A stretch of 63,944 nucleotides of DNA, filler included, from Octopus bimaculoides (lineage: Eukaryota), in NCBI RefSeq assembly GCF_001194135.2. It is 5 parts of 5 records of this genome, joined end to end, with 100 filler letters (N's around TTAATTAATTAA, not from the genome) between each part and the next. Parts side by side here need not be neighbours in the genome. Positions count along the whole stretch, not along the records: positions 38,378 to 60,755 come from NC_068998.1; 4 more parts are not named here. One strand, 5' to 3'. This document shows, piece after piece, positions 39,056 through 51,593 of the stretch (position 1 is the first letter of the stretch; each line of letters begins with the position of its first letter). The translations under genes and the position numbers were made by a program. The notes beneath the pieces were generated by a model. The model did no database searches. It saw only the letters and a program-made list of their open reading frames with translations, and was not told the DNA's origin.

Positions 39056-39720
39056 TATATATATATATATATATGCTCATATACATAAGTATACACGCGC
39101 GCGCGTGCGCACCTTAATGTCGGTGCATTATTTTAAGTATTTCTAGATGCCTCCAGCTCAAAATGCTTTGGCCCTGGAGGAAAATGAATCTCATTTGTTG
39201 TCAGTTAACTATATTCCGTGAAGAACAAAGGATAGGAGGAGTGTGGGTGAGAAGGAGGGAGAAGGAAGGAGTAGATGATGATGTATAAAAATATAGGGCT
39301 TGTGGCGCTGGGCTGAGAGGTAGTGGTGTTGATGTATAGCTTATGGGGTGTATAATATACAAATCTTTGTTTGTATATAATATAGATTCAGAAATAAATA
39401 TTTCATTGGGAGGGAGGGGCGGTGAAAGAATTTCTGTGTGAGGGGGGAAAAGAGGAGAATAGTTTGAGATATAATGAGAGTATGTCTGAGGAAGAGAGAG
39501 GGAGAGAGAGAGAAAGAAATATTGTGTGCGTGAGAGAGAGAGGGGAAAGAGAAAGAGAGACAGACAGACAAGGGAGAGTGAGAGGAGGGGAGAGTATGTG
39601 TGCGATAAAAAAAAGAGATTAATTTGCGAGAAACAGCACCTAAATCTGTCTCATTCATGACTTTATCGCCTTAAAATAGGAAGGACACAGTAAACAATGT
39701 AATTCTAGATACAATCCCAC

Positions 39721-40060
39721 CCCTCCGCCCCTCCCCTCACACATGCACAAAAGAAAAAGAGGTAACACGCGAGGCGGTCGTGGATGGAATACATGTTATC
39801 TTATGTGTGATGGGTCAAAGATGACCTTTGGTTAAACAACCTCCACCCCCACCATATCTACCCGGTCCTCATCCATGCGGGTAACCGAAACCGTTTTCCA
39901 AACCACATTCCTCCTAGCACCAGATGTGCCGCATTAATACAAGTCAAAAAAAAATATATATATATATCATTGCTTACAATCACAGTTCTAAAGCTCTTTC
40001 TCTACTAACGGAGAAGTACTGGGCAACCATCAAAATCCCTGCAAGACATCAAAGGACCAT
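39721..40060. promoter_or_regulatory. Candidate cis-regulatory island
   Basis: GC box CCCTCCGCCCCT 39721, inverted nuclear-receptor half sites GGGTCA-aaga-TGACCT 39812-39827, TCF/LEF site ACATCAAAGG 40046-40055. Motif match only. Confidence 0.3.
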
Positions 40061-40407
40061 TTCGTGTACGGCAGGCACGTCCTAGAAGGTCTTCCAAGAT
40101 ACAGCCAAGTCTTCTGGTTCCTAAGCAACCGGATCTCTACCACATGGGCAGATTTCTAGCAAATATTATGCACAGCTCCATTAAATGTGTAGAGCTCTAC
40201 CAAAGTAGAGTGATATGTACAATCCTATCTGTATGTCTGTCTGTCTTTCTGCCTGTCTGTTTGCCCGTCTGTTTGTCTTTCTGCTTGTCTGTCTGTCTGT
40301 CTGTCTCTTAACCGTCCTACGTATATATATCTACCACTTGATCTAAGAAATTACTACAGAAGACGTAGTTTAAATGAAATATATGCATAGCTGTATGTGT
40401 ATGAACG

Positions 40408-40439
<32 letters not shown>

Positions 40440-41595
40440 TGTATGTATGTATGTATGTATGTATGTATGTATGGATGGATGTATGGATGGATGGATGGAT
40501 GGATGGATGGATGGATGCATGCATACATACATACATGTACGTATTTATGATACAGTGAAAATATGTGTAAATTTAGTGAAAGTGCACGTGTGTTTATATA
40601 CATGCATACATACATACATACATAAAGAAATAAAGAAAGAAAGAAAAAAAAAGAAAGAAAGAAAGAAAGAGAATGTACGTATGTACTATGTACGTATGTA
40701 CTATGTGCGTATGTACGTATGTGTGTGTGTGTGTTTGAGTAAGGGATATGCCGGTATATATGCCAAGCTAATCATGGGAATATCGATTCTTCGAAGATTG
40801 ATTACAAGTTGGTGTTGCGTTTGTTTTGTTTTATTAAAACCCTTATCTTTCTGGTCGAAATCTGTTCTTGTGTTCCTCCCAGTTGGCACAGCAGTCATGG
40901 CATTGGATAAAATATGTTCCTCATAGAGACGGAGTAAGGTGGTAGAAGAGTCATTTTAGCTTTAGAATGGGTTTAAGAATTTTACAGCAACAACAGAAAC
41001 TTTCTAACTAAAAACAAAACAAAAGAAAGAAAGCACAAAGTTAAACATGTCGGTTAGAGCCAGCTGTCCCACTCAAAGTGATGCGTCATCGAGTCGCTGT
41101 GCATTCTGGGAAGAAAGAAACTCATTAGATTTATGGCTAGAGACACAATGCATTAAACCATCGTTCTAAATTGATAGCATATCCTGTGGAGAGAGAGAGA
41201 GAGAGGGGGGAGGGAGAGAGAGAGAGAGAGAGAGAATGCAACAAATGCAACAACTACATCAACATGTTCGCATATTCACACGTATCATACATATTCCCCC
41301 CATACACACACATGCGCACTGATGCGCACTCTTTTCTCATAAAGAACATACATAAATATATATATATATATATATAAACTAAATAACCGTCAAGAAAAAT
41401 ACTGACTTTTTGGGTTTTTTTCTTTTTTTCCCTTAAAAACATCTGTCTGCATCGTTTTCGTTATAGTTTTTTTTTTTTTAATCCAAACGCCTATTGAACG
41501 TTTGAACAGTTTCATTTTCTAAAATTATAACTTTATTACAATCATCATCATCATCACCATCATCACCACCACCACCATCATCATCATCTTCATCA

Positions 41596-41656
<61 letters not shown>

Positions 41657-41756
41657 TTTATTTTAAGGACTAGTTAAGATGTGACACATTGCGCTTAATG
41701 TCAAGCTTGGCATTTCCACTAATACGGCAACATCCTTATTCCAAATGATAATACGT

Positions 41757-41838
<82 letters not shown>

Positions 41839-42299
41839 AGGGAGAGAGAGAGTAGAGAGAGATAGAGAGAGAAAGAGACCGATAGTAAATTACTGTTAAT
41901 CTCAGCGGATATCACGCGCCATTGCAGCTAATATGTTTTGCAGTTTAATCGGATAAGCCGGTTGATACATCCAATTATACTCAGCTAATAGTTTTGATGT
42001 TCTTTTTCCTTGTCTCAGTTTTATTTCCTTAGCTTCTACGTTTAGTTGTTTCTTTGTTTCTTATTGTTGTTGTTGTTGTTTAGCCAGAATTCTCCGACAC
42101 CATGTCCTACTGTATTCAATTAGAGTTTAGGTAACCCTATGCTCAAAAGGAAAAGGACATGGCAGCCACGGCTGGAATGCCTCTGACCATCTCTGCTTGT
42201 TTCTATAACCGTCTGTCAGTCTGGTTTGTCTAACCGCCCGTACGTCTGCCTGCCTGTCCGTCTACATATCCGTCTGTCTGTCTATCTGACTGTCACTCT

Positions 42300-42342
<43 letters not shown>

Positions 42343-42585
42343 GTCTCTCACTGTCTTTCTTCCTCTTCCTCTCTGCCTATTCAGGACCTACTCAGGGCTA
42401 AACTACAACTGAAATTACAGAATTATATGAATATATTCATCATTACAATTGACATTTTTGACCAACTCTCTCTACCTCTCTCTCTTTCTCGCGCTCTACT
42501 TCTCTCTCTCTCTCTTTCTCACTATCTTCCTCTTCCTCCCCCCCTCTCTNNNNNNNNNNCTCTCTTTCTCACTATCTTCCTCTTC

Positions 42586-42638
<53 letters not shown>

Positions 42639-42708
42639 TTAACCAGGACCGACTCGGAGTTAAACAACGACCCACTCTACAGAAATCCAAGAACATATTC
42701 ATTCATTC

Positions 42709-42830
42709 AAAATGGCGCTAGAGGAATTGACGCTTTTTTTTGTCACCCACCCGACCGTCCCCGTTCAGAAATGAGGCGGATTCCTATTGATATATAAACT
42801 ACTGTATTGATTCATCCAACAGATGGCGCT
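42709..42830 (+). promoter_or_regulatory. YY1-like and CTCF-like motifs
   Basis: AAAATGGCG 42709-42717 and CCAACAGATGGCGCT 42816-42830. Confidence 0.4.
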
Positions 42831-43186
42831 AATGGTTTATCTTCAGGCACAAAACAGATATTTCTTTTAATTGATCACAATCATAATGTTGCATAATTAC
42901 TGCTTTTCACACTGCTATTGCAATTGTTGTTGTTGTTGTTGTTGCTGTTGTTGTTGCCGTTGTCGTTAATGTTGTTGACATGACCGCGGATGTCCCAGTT
43001 CCTGGTGTTATTTTAGTTGTTAGTGCAACTGTGCTTGTTGTCATTTCTGTAGTAGTAGTAGTAGTAGTAGTAGTAGCTATTGTTGTTCTCTATACATTTG
43101 ATATTCTTTATCGTATTATTACTGTTGTTTCATTATTTACATTATTTACATTTGACGGATATTTGTCCTCATCTTGTTTGTTGTTA

Positions 43187-43230
43187 ACACAACGTTTCGG
43201 CTGGTATACCCTTCAGCCTTCATCAGGTGT
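43187..43230 (-). ncRNA. Minimal type I hammerhead ribozyme within a dispersed repeat
   Basis: Minus strand: ACAC-CTGATGA-A-GGCTG-aagggtatac-CAGCC-GAA-ACGT-T-GTGT. Palindromic ACGU stem III, extra A between A9 and G10.1. Confidence 0.82.
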
Positions 43231-43442
43231 CTTGGGGAAATTTCAAACCTAGGTTCTCATTCCTAAGGTATTTTTCGATGTTATTATTATTATGTTGTTG
43301 TTTTTTTTCATCTCTCTACAAATTTTCTTCCATTTCTCGCCGAGTGTCACATATTTTACAGATAAATTCCTCTATTTACATAATATGGAGGTCTCTTTCC
43401 TTCTTTTGTTGTCCTTCCTATCAATATATTCCTCTGTCTCCT

Positions 43443-43477
43443 GTTCCTGAAGAAGAGCTTTGCTCGAAACGTAAAAC
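43443..43477 (+). ncRNA. Minimal type I hammerhead ribozyme within a PLE pseudo-LTR-like repeat
   Basis: GTTC-CTGAAGA-A-GAGC-ttt-GCTC-GAA-ACGT-A-AAAC. First stem I pair is C:A. The tail to about 43580 resembles 57190-57285 and ends in (TA)n. Confidence 0.78.
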
Positions 43478-43592
43478 ACCCTTTCTTTCCTTCCTTGAGC
43501 GTCTTATTAATACTTTGCAAGTACCACAGGCTCGGGTTGTTGTTTTTTCTTGTCTTTTTTCTCCGTTTTTTAAAATCAATTTATATATATAT

Positions 43593-43656
<64 letters not shown>

Positions 43657-44367
43657 TATAATAATTACCGACATAAATACACACATACATACATGCACGT
43701 ATGCATAAATATATACATACATACACATACATGAATACATACATACATACATATATACATACATACATACATACATGCATACATGCATACATAGACTGAG
43801 AGACAGAGAAAGAGAGGAATAGAATGGTAGAGAAACCAGGACAGACAGGACAAAGAAAACCCCAAAAAGAAATAATAAAAAGCCAATCAGATACAAAGAA
43901 AAAAACATATCGATGTTGTTTTTTTCCTCCAGTACAAATATTTTCCTAGGAAAATGGCGGTGTGTATAGCTATAACCAATAACATATGTAAATATATCAT
44001 AGAAAGTGATGAAAAAAATTTCATCAAGTTGAATAGAAAAAGCATCGAAAGTGAGAGCTGGTATCACATTTAACAAGAAAACACAAATTTGCTAATGTCA
44101 ACACTCTTAATTCCCTATCTTTTCAAACAAAATTTGTGTCGAAGGAAAACGAAAGCAAACATGGCCGACAAATATGTTTGGTCGGTGGAAAACGAGTTGT
44201 ATTGTTCTTTTTTTGTGTGTGTAGCGTCAAAACTAACCTGATGATGTTATTGTTATAGACTTGCAACACAATTGGATGATCCTTCTTTGGAAATGTTCTC
44301 ATTTACGTCCGTTTGTCTTTCGGATTTATTACATATATTTATATTTGTATATTTGCACCACCCCCAC

Positions 44368-44400
<33 letters not shown>

Positions 44401-45041
44401 CAAAACACAAACACACTTATATGTTTTGTATTTGTGCAAATGTCATAGCTTTTGTTTTCCTAGATCGATATCTGTGCCTGTAGACTAAATAAGCATGTAC
44501 TGTAAGCCTATGTTCGTTACATACGTAAGTACATACATACATACATACATACAAGCATGTTCATATCTATATCTATCTATCTATATATATATGTCTACGG
44601 ACAGACATATATATATCTCCATGTATACATATATAAATATGTATGTACACGCTCAATACACAAACACATATATGTATGAAAAATAGAATATACATATATA
44701 TTACATATATATATATATATGATATATATAATACATATACCTGTATATATGTGTGTGTGTATGTGTGTGCGTGTGTGTGTAAATGTGTCCGCATGTCTAC
44801 CCTCATATGTTGATCAATTCATAGAATGAGTGAGAAGAGTGATGTGGCCATCACTAATGTAAACAAAGAGAAAGACAAGAAACTGTAAAAGAAATTGAGA
44901 TGAACATTAGAGTAAATGAAGTGTGTGTGTGCGTACATATATATATGTGTGCGTGTGTACACATACATATACATGTACACGTATACATACATATATATAT
45001 ATCTATATATATATAATTTGCTCACACTGGCATATGTGTAC

Positions 45042-45092
<51 letters not shown>

Positions 45093-45139
45093 CGATTGTG
45101 TTTGTGCGCGCGTGTTTGTGCGTGCGTAATCTATGGTCG

Positions 45140-45189
45140 TTAGCCCAACAAAATATATTCTGTTTCACCTGTGGCTCATCGGGAACTAA
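45140..45189 (-). ncRNA. Type I hammerhead-like motif, U4->C core variant
   Basis: Minus strand: TTAGTTC-CCGATGA-GCC-aca-GGT-GAAA-CAGAAT-at-ATTTTG-T-T-GGGCTAA. All three stems pair. Confidence 0.68.
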
Positions 45190-45267
45190 TATACAAAATT
45201 CAGGAAGAGCTAATTTAAATAATTAGATAATTCGTATAAATAGATTAACTTTTTTAAATCTTGTTTC

Positions 45268-45315
45268 TTAGTTCCCGATCAGCCAAAAGCGAAACAATAT
45301 ATTTTGTGAGACTAA
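45268..45315 (+). ncRNA. Decayed homologue of the 45140-45189 hammerhead in inverted orientation
   Basis: TTAGTTC-CCGATCA-GC-caaaa-GC-GAAA-CAATATATTTTG-T-G-AGACTAA. Both copies continue CTAACGAC. Confidence 0.6.
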
Positions 45316-45504
45316 CGACGGTTATGGACTAAATAATTTATTTACTCTGACCTACCTGTAAATACCTTAATCTAAGTGGCCAGATACAGCCTCTTTTATT
45401 ACGGACTTGTCACTGGAATATATATACATATATGTGGTGGTGTGGGGTATGTATATATGTATATACATTATATGTGTATGTATGTATGTACACTTTAAAT
45501 ATGA

Positions 45505-45562
45505 GTTACTGCCGATGTAATGTCTATTATATAACTAACAAGATTACGAAACAGCTGTAAAC
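45505..45562 (+). ncRNA. Degenerate hammerhead-like motif (A6->C, extra nucleotides)
   Basis: GTT-a-CTGCCGA-t-GTAAT...ATTAC-GAA-ACAGCTGT-A-AAC. Confidence 0.45.
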
Positions 45563-45839
45563 GAATGCTATAAAAATCTACTCTTTTCCCTAACTTGCCT
45601 AATGTTTTATATATATATATATACATATGTACACTCTCATACGTGATCGCGCTTCTTCTGCGCTTATCACTAACCCTCTACCTATAACGTAACCAACCAA
45701 ACACTTCCTCACGCTAATCAAGTTGCGTGTCATCGCAAGAGAGACTCACTTAACTCACTGATCATTCCTTTCTCCCTATAATTTCCCCACTCCGATATTC
45801 CCTATTAATCCATCGTGTTGTTGTTGTTGTTGTTGTAAT

Positions 45840-46135
45840 GTTTAACCCCAGGTCTACTCAGAAAGGACAGGCCATTGATCAAAGGGGAGTATGACGTGCG
45901 AGCCTGTAGTTTGCTTTCGTGAATTCTTCGAGGTGCCATGTTGTTATTGGAAGATATGACTGTCCTCTTGGCTCTTGCAGCCATGTCTCGGCGGAGCATC
46001 CGGGATGTGACTGGCGGAAGGGGAGCAAAGGGGGAAGGGGGGAATGCAGCAGGAAAAGTCGGTTGGGACTCCTTTCAGCTGGGTACGGGCAAGCGGAGTC
46101 TTTCGTGAAATGACGTGCATTGGCTCAAAGACATA
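45840..46135. promoter_or_regulatory. GC-rich unique island with promoter-like motifs
   Basis: TGACGTGC at 45892 and 46111, the second abutting ATTGG (CCAAT box, 46119-46123). ATCAAAG 45878. Elevated GC and CpG. Confidence 0.45.
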
Positions 46136-46140
46136 ACTTG

Positions 46141-46500
46141 ATGATGGTAATGACGACGACGACGACGACGACGATGATGATGATGATGGTGATGATGATG
46201 GTGATGTGGTGGTGGTGGTGGTGAGGAGGAGGAGGAGGAGGAGAAGAAGAAGAAGAAGAAGAAGAAGAAGAAGAAGAAGAAGAAGAAGAAGAAGAAGAAA
46301 AAAAAAAAAGAAGAAGAAGATAACTATAGAGAAGAGCCATAGGCAAAGAGGAATATATCTGAGAGAGATCTGCTTTAGAGTGCAGAGAAAACAAGGAGAA
46401 TAACAGAGAAACAACAGCGATATCATCATCATCATCATCAACAGCAACAACAACAACAACAACAACAACAACAGCAACAACAACAACAGCAACAACATTA
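46141..46500. repeat. Compound trinucleotide arrays (GAT/GAC/GGT/GAG/GAA, then CAT/CAA)
   Basis: Direct reading. Confidence 0.95.
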
Positions 46501-46808
46501 AGAGTAATCATATAAATATTGAAAAAAAAATCAACAAGCAAACACAAAACAAAAAGAAAACGAAAACCAAGGAAACAATGGCAGTTTAAATAAAGAGGAA
46601 CAGAATTTGCCGATGAAATGTTGTGTTAAATTAAGCGTTGCGAAATCGATAAAGCTTTTGGCTGTAGAATCGATCCATGAGGTTCCATGGCATGGGTTCG
46701 GTGGGTAAACAGACAAGTTTACTAGTGATGTCGAAAGGTCAGCGGAGATCGATAACATTGACATATATTAAAGGAAGACGAAGCAGAAGACAGCTTCAAC
46801 AGATACGT

Positions 46809-46913
<105 letters not shown>

Positions 46914-47393
46914 AATGTGTGTATATATATATATATAAAGAGAGAGAGAGAGAGAGAGAGAAAGATGTATATCTATCTATCGTATACATGTATGCATGTA
47001 CGAATGCATCATGTATGTATGTATATATATATATATGTATGTATGAGCGACCTCTTTCTTTCTCTTCTAATGAAGTCAGCTATGGAACAGTCGGAGAGAT
47101 AATGCGATAGACAGGTAGATAGAGAAAGATATGTTGTGCATATGTGTATGTATGTGTGTGTGTATGTATGCTTGTATAATACACACACGCACACACACAT
47201 TGCATTTGGTCGTATAGAAGACGCGCGGCCAATTTCGGTGGCGTATATTCAGGGAAGAATACAATTTTAGTGCATTAAAGCATTGTAAGACAGGGATATA
47301 GAGTGATTCTTTGGGACATTGTTTGGTTTCGTTTGGTGGTGGAAGGGCGGGGTGCAGGGTGCGTTTTAGATGCCATCAAATACTCACGCGCGC

Positions 47394-47439
<46 letters not shown>

Positions 47440-48569
47440 GAAAGTTTGCTTTCAATTTGATTGTTGTGTGTTGACGTTTTCCAAGAGCCATAACCCATCG
47501 ACGGGTAAACACTTCTGCTGTTCCAATTTTTCACTCTTTTATTCTTCTCTTGCGATGTATTTATCCATGAAATTTATTTATTTATTTAAATGTTTTATTT
47601 ATTATATTTCTGTATTTATTAATATTGCTGTTGTTGTTGTTATTGTTGTTTATTATTTTGTTGTTATTTTGAGTTTTCCAGAGTATTTCAGACACCAGCT
47701 GTAAAACTCAACACAAGAATTGTCCAAATGTCTATTTAATGTAAAAGGCATATTTAAAAGACGCACACACACACACACACACACATGCACACATATACAT
47801 ACATACACACACATATGCCTATATACACAAACACACGCGTACACACATATATGCACATACATACGCAGAGTCATACATACACGCCTATTTGTATGTTTAT
47901 CTGTACGCATATATATATGTGTGTACGTATATATATATATATATATATATATGTGNNNNNNNNNNNNNNNNNNNNNNNNNNNNNNNNNNNNNNNNNNNNN
48001 NNNNNNNNNNNNNNNNNNNNNNNNNNNNNNNNNNNNNNNNNNNNNNNNNNNNNNNNNNNNNNNNNNNNNNNNNNNNNNNNNNNNNNNNNNNNNNNNNNNN
48101 NNNNNNNNNNNNNNNNNNNNNNNNNNNNNNNNNNNNNNNNNNNNNNNNNNNNNNNNNNNNNNNNNNNNNNNNNNNNNNNNNNNNNNNNNNNNNNNNNNNN
48201 NNNNNNNNNNNNNNNNNNNNNNNNNNNNNNNNNNNNNNNNNNNNNNNNNNNNNNNNNNNNNNNNNNNNNNNNNNNNNNNNNNNNNNNNNNNNNNNNNNNN
48301 NNNNNNNNNNNNNNNNNNNNNNNNNNNNNNNNNNNNNNNNNNNNNNNNNNNNNNNNNNNNNNNNNNNNNNNNNNNNNNNNNNNNNNNNNNNNNNNNNNNN
48401 NNNNNNNNNNNNNNNNNNNNNNNNNNNNNNNNNNNNNNNNNNNNNNNNNNNNNNNNNNNNNNNNNNNNNNNNNNNNNNNNNNNNNNNNNNNNNNNNNNNN
48501 NNNNNNNNNNNNNNNNNNNNNNNNNNNNNNNNNNNNNNNNNNNNNNNNNNNNNNNNNNNNNNNNNNNNN

Positions 48570-48608
<39 letters not shown>

Positions 48609-48827
48609 TACATATACATATATGTGTGTATGTGAGAAAGCGAGAAAGAGAGAGAGAATATAAGCAAATAACTGCATATAAACTTTTCAAAGCTCTCTCC
48701 GAGATACAAACACACATTCAGTCCTAAACATGCACGCACTAACATACGCACACGCGCGTGCGCGCACACACACATGTCTATACCTATCTATCTATCTATC
48801 TTTGTTGATATACATATAAATAGATGT

Positions 48828-48882
<55 letters not shown>

Positions 48883-49194
48883 TCTTGCATATAGACGTAC
48901 AACATTTCCATTTAATATGCAGCTGTTATTATGTTGTTTAGTGAATAACAGCAGTCGGTTTGGACCAAAACAAGCCATCATTATATATCGATCTGTTTAT
49001 GAAAATTTCCAATCAGAATACCGAATTCTGGATGCTTTCAATTCGTATGTGTGTGTGTGTATAGATGGATGGCGTGTATATTGCGGTTTGTGTGTGTGTG
49101 TGTCTATGTGTGTGCATATGGCGTTTATAATATTCAATTTATCATATATACTGTAGAATAAATTATATCAGTAGGTACATTTGTATGCTTGTGC

Positions 49195-49291
<97 letters not shown>

Positions 49292-49332
49292 TACATACTT
49301 ATACACATATAGAGGCAGCGAGAGGATACACA

Positions 49333-49394
<62 letters not shown>

Positions 49395-51090
49395 TGTGTT
49401 AGTGGTGGTAGTAGTTGTAGTAAATCATCTGATTTGAATCCTTCAACACCAAAACAGGGACGCCCCTTCCCACGGAGCTCCACACTGTTTCTGTCTCTGC
49501 TAAACCCCGGTCAGGAACCTCCATTACTGCCCCCTCACTCCTTCCCGAAACGTCAAGGTTTATTGTGCAAGCAATCACACTCATCCGAGACGTCATGCGG
49601 TGAGATCGAACTCGAAATCGAATCTTTAAGACGCTATTTATTATGTTCTGAACCACGAAATTGCCATATCTCGTCCATATGAAACGAATGAAATATTCTT
49701 TGGCTGATAAAACACCTTTGGTCATCGATCTGATCGGTTAGTTCTAAACACCACCACTGACAGCAGCAGCAGCCATACCACCACCGCCGTCGCCGCAGCC
49801 GCCACCGCCACCGCCGCTGCTTCCGCCATTATCTTATCGTCTGGTTAAGACAAGTAATCAGCTCAACACTTTGGCCGACGGTGTGAAGCTCAATAGGATT
49901 AAGTTCAGTGAGTCTATTTGAAAACAAATAAAATAAATAATAAAATTAGAAAAAAAACACCTCTCTTTTATTCTGATTGGTTTATTTACTTTGTTGCTTG
50001 TTTTTCAAGCATTAATTATACCGAGAAATATTTGTAAATATTGGATTTATGTTTCTTTAATTATCATTAGTGTTAGTGTCAATCATCATCATCATTGTCA
50101 TCATCGTCGTTGTCATCATCATCGTCATCATCATCGTCACCATCATCAGCATCGTCATCATCATCATCATCATCATCATCATTGAGTGAGAGAGCAGCAC
50201 ATGCCATCAAAGTGACACTGGGGTATAAATATATGAAGCCCATTATACCCATCTTTCTACATAACTCCCAGGGGATTACTCTCCCGAGGTCGTCATGTCT
50301 TTTCTTGTATTCTTTTTTCTTTATTATTATTATTATTATTATTATTATCATCATCATCAGAAACAGATTTTATTATAAATTAATGATTTGTTTACATTTC
50401 TGATTGGTGGTGGTGGGGGGGATCGGAAGGTGAACGATGTGGTTGAATAATTTCTTCCAAGCAATATTGCCTCATACGGGTCTTTTTAAAGGGAATTATT
50501 AAATAGTGTAGCCCTGTGTCTGATATATGAAAGGACAGGACAGCCAAGGATAGAACACGGAGATTTTTAATCCTCTTGGTTAGAGTTGATCCAGAATTAA
50601 AACATAAGAATTATTGCTTACGAAAGTTTTTAGTTATCGAGGAATTTGGTTGCCGCGAGGAGGGGAATACGACATTTGGAAATTTTAGTCATTCATCAGA
50701 ACTAGACTTAAAGAGGAACAGGCCATCAAATGGACGCAGGTCTTTGAACGGACGCAAGTTTTTGAACGGACAGTGAAGTCCGTTGAAAGACTTTAGTCGT
50801 AATACTCAGAATATTTCAGCTTTTACGAGAAGGAAACGAGCAATGCAAGGAAGGTCCCATGCTGCCACTGGATATGCTAGAAATAATAATAATAATTTTC
50901 TTTGAAATTACACATTTCGTCTTTTCTTTAAAACTGAAAAAGACACTTAGAAATTTAAACTTCAAGAGAGAGAGGAAGGTCACAGCCTTTGATCATAGTT
51001 CGGTTCTCTTGGATCAGAACTGACCCCGAGGCCAAACCAGGGCCATAACTAAATTTACCAATTGCCAGAAATTGTTGTGGAAAGCATTAC

Positions 51091-51184
51091 CATTGTTACC
51101 AAGACGACATTTCATCATTTTTCTCACATCATAGCTGTTACCATGACAACGACAATTGACACCTATTAGTACTAAGACAATGGT
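51091..51184. promoter_or_regulatory. Two RFX X-boxes interleaved with Sox sites
   Basis: GTTACCAAGACGAC 51095-51108 and GTTACCATGACAAC 51137-51150. CATTGTT 51091 and ACAATGG 51177. Confidence 0.55.
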
Positions 51185-51551
51185 GACTACAGAGACAGGT
51201 CCCAGATGCACAGACCTACTCAACTTCAATGATCAGCCAACAATATTTAATGTGACAACGTACTGACCCCCTTTTTTACTCTCCTAGCGATTGAACTCGT
51301 TTGACCTGCTTCTAACAGAGAGTAATTCACATTAAAAATATATAGATTAAAGAGGATTGTAGGTCAGATATTAAACACAAACTCATTGAATAGGGGGGAG
51401 GGGTAAAGATAATTCCCTGGACGTAGAAAAAAATTATACGTGTACAACCCCATTATATAGAGATAGATAGATACACATATACTTATTAATATATGTGTAT
51501 ATGTCTACATACATACACACACACACACATATATACACATACGCACGCACA

Positions 51552-51593
<42 letters not shown>

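Noticed and set aside
44238-44270. CTGATGA-TGTT...AACA
   Set aside because: No GAAA or stem III follows.
49520-49560. CCGAAACGTC-AAGG hammerhead 3' half
   Set aside because: No CUGANGA or compatible stem I upstream.
51014-51229. 71-aa minus ORF with a signal-peptide-like start
   Set aside because: TTG start, no recognisable domain, and the sequence is better explained by RFX/Sox motifs.
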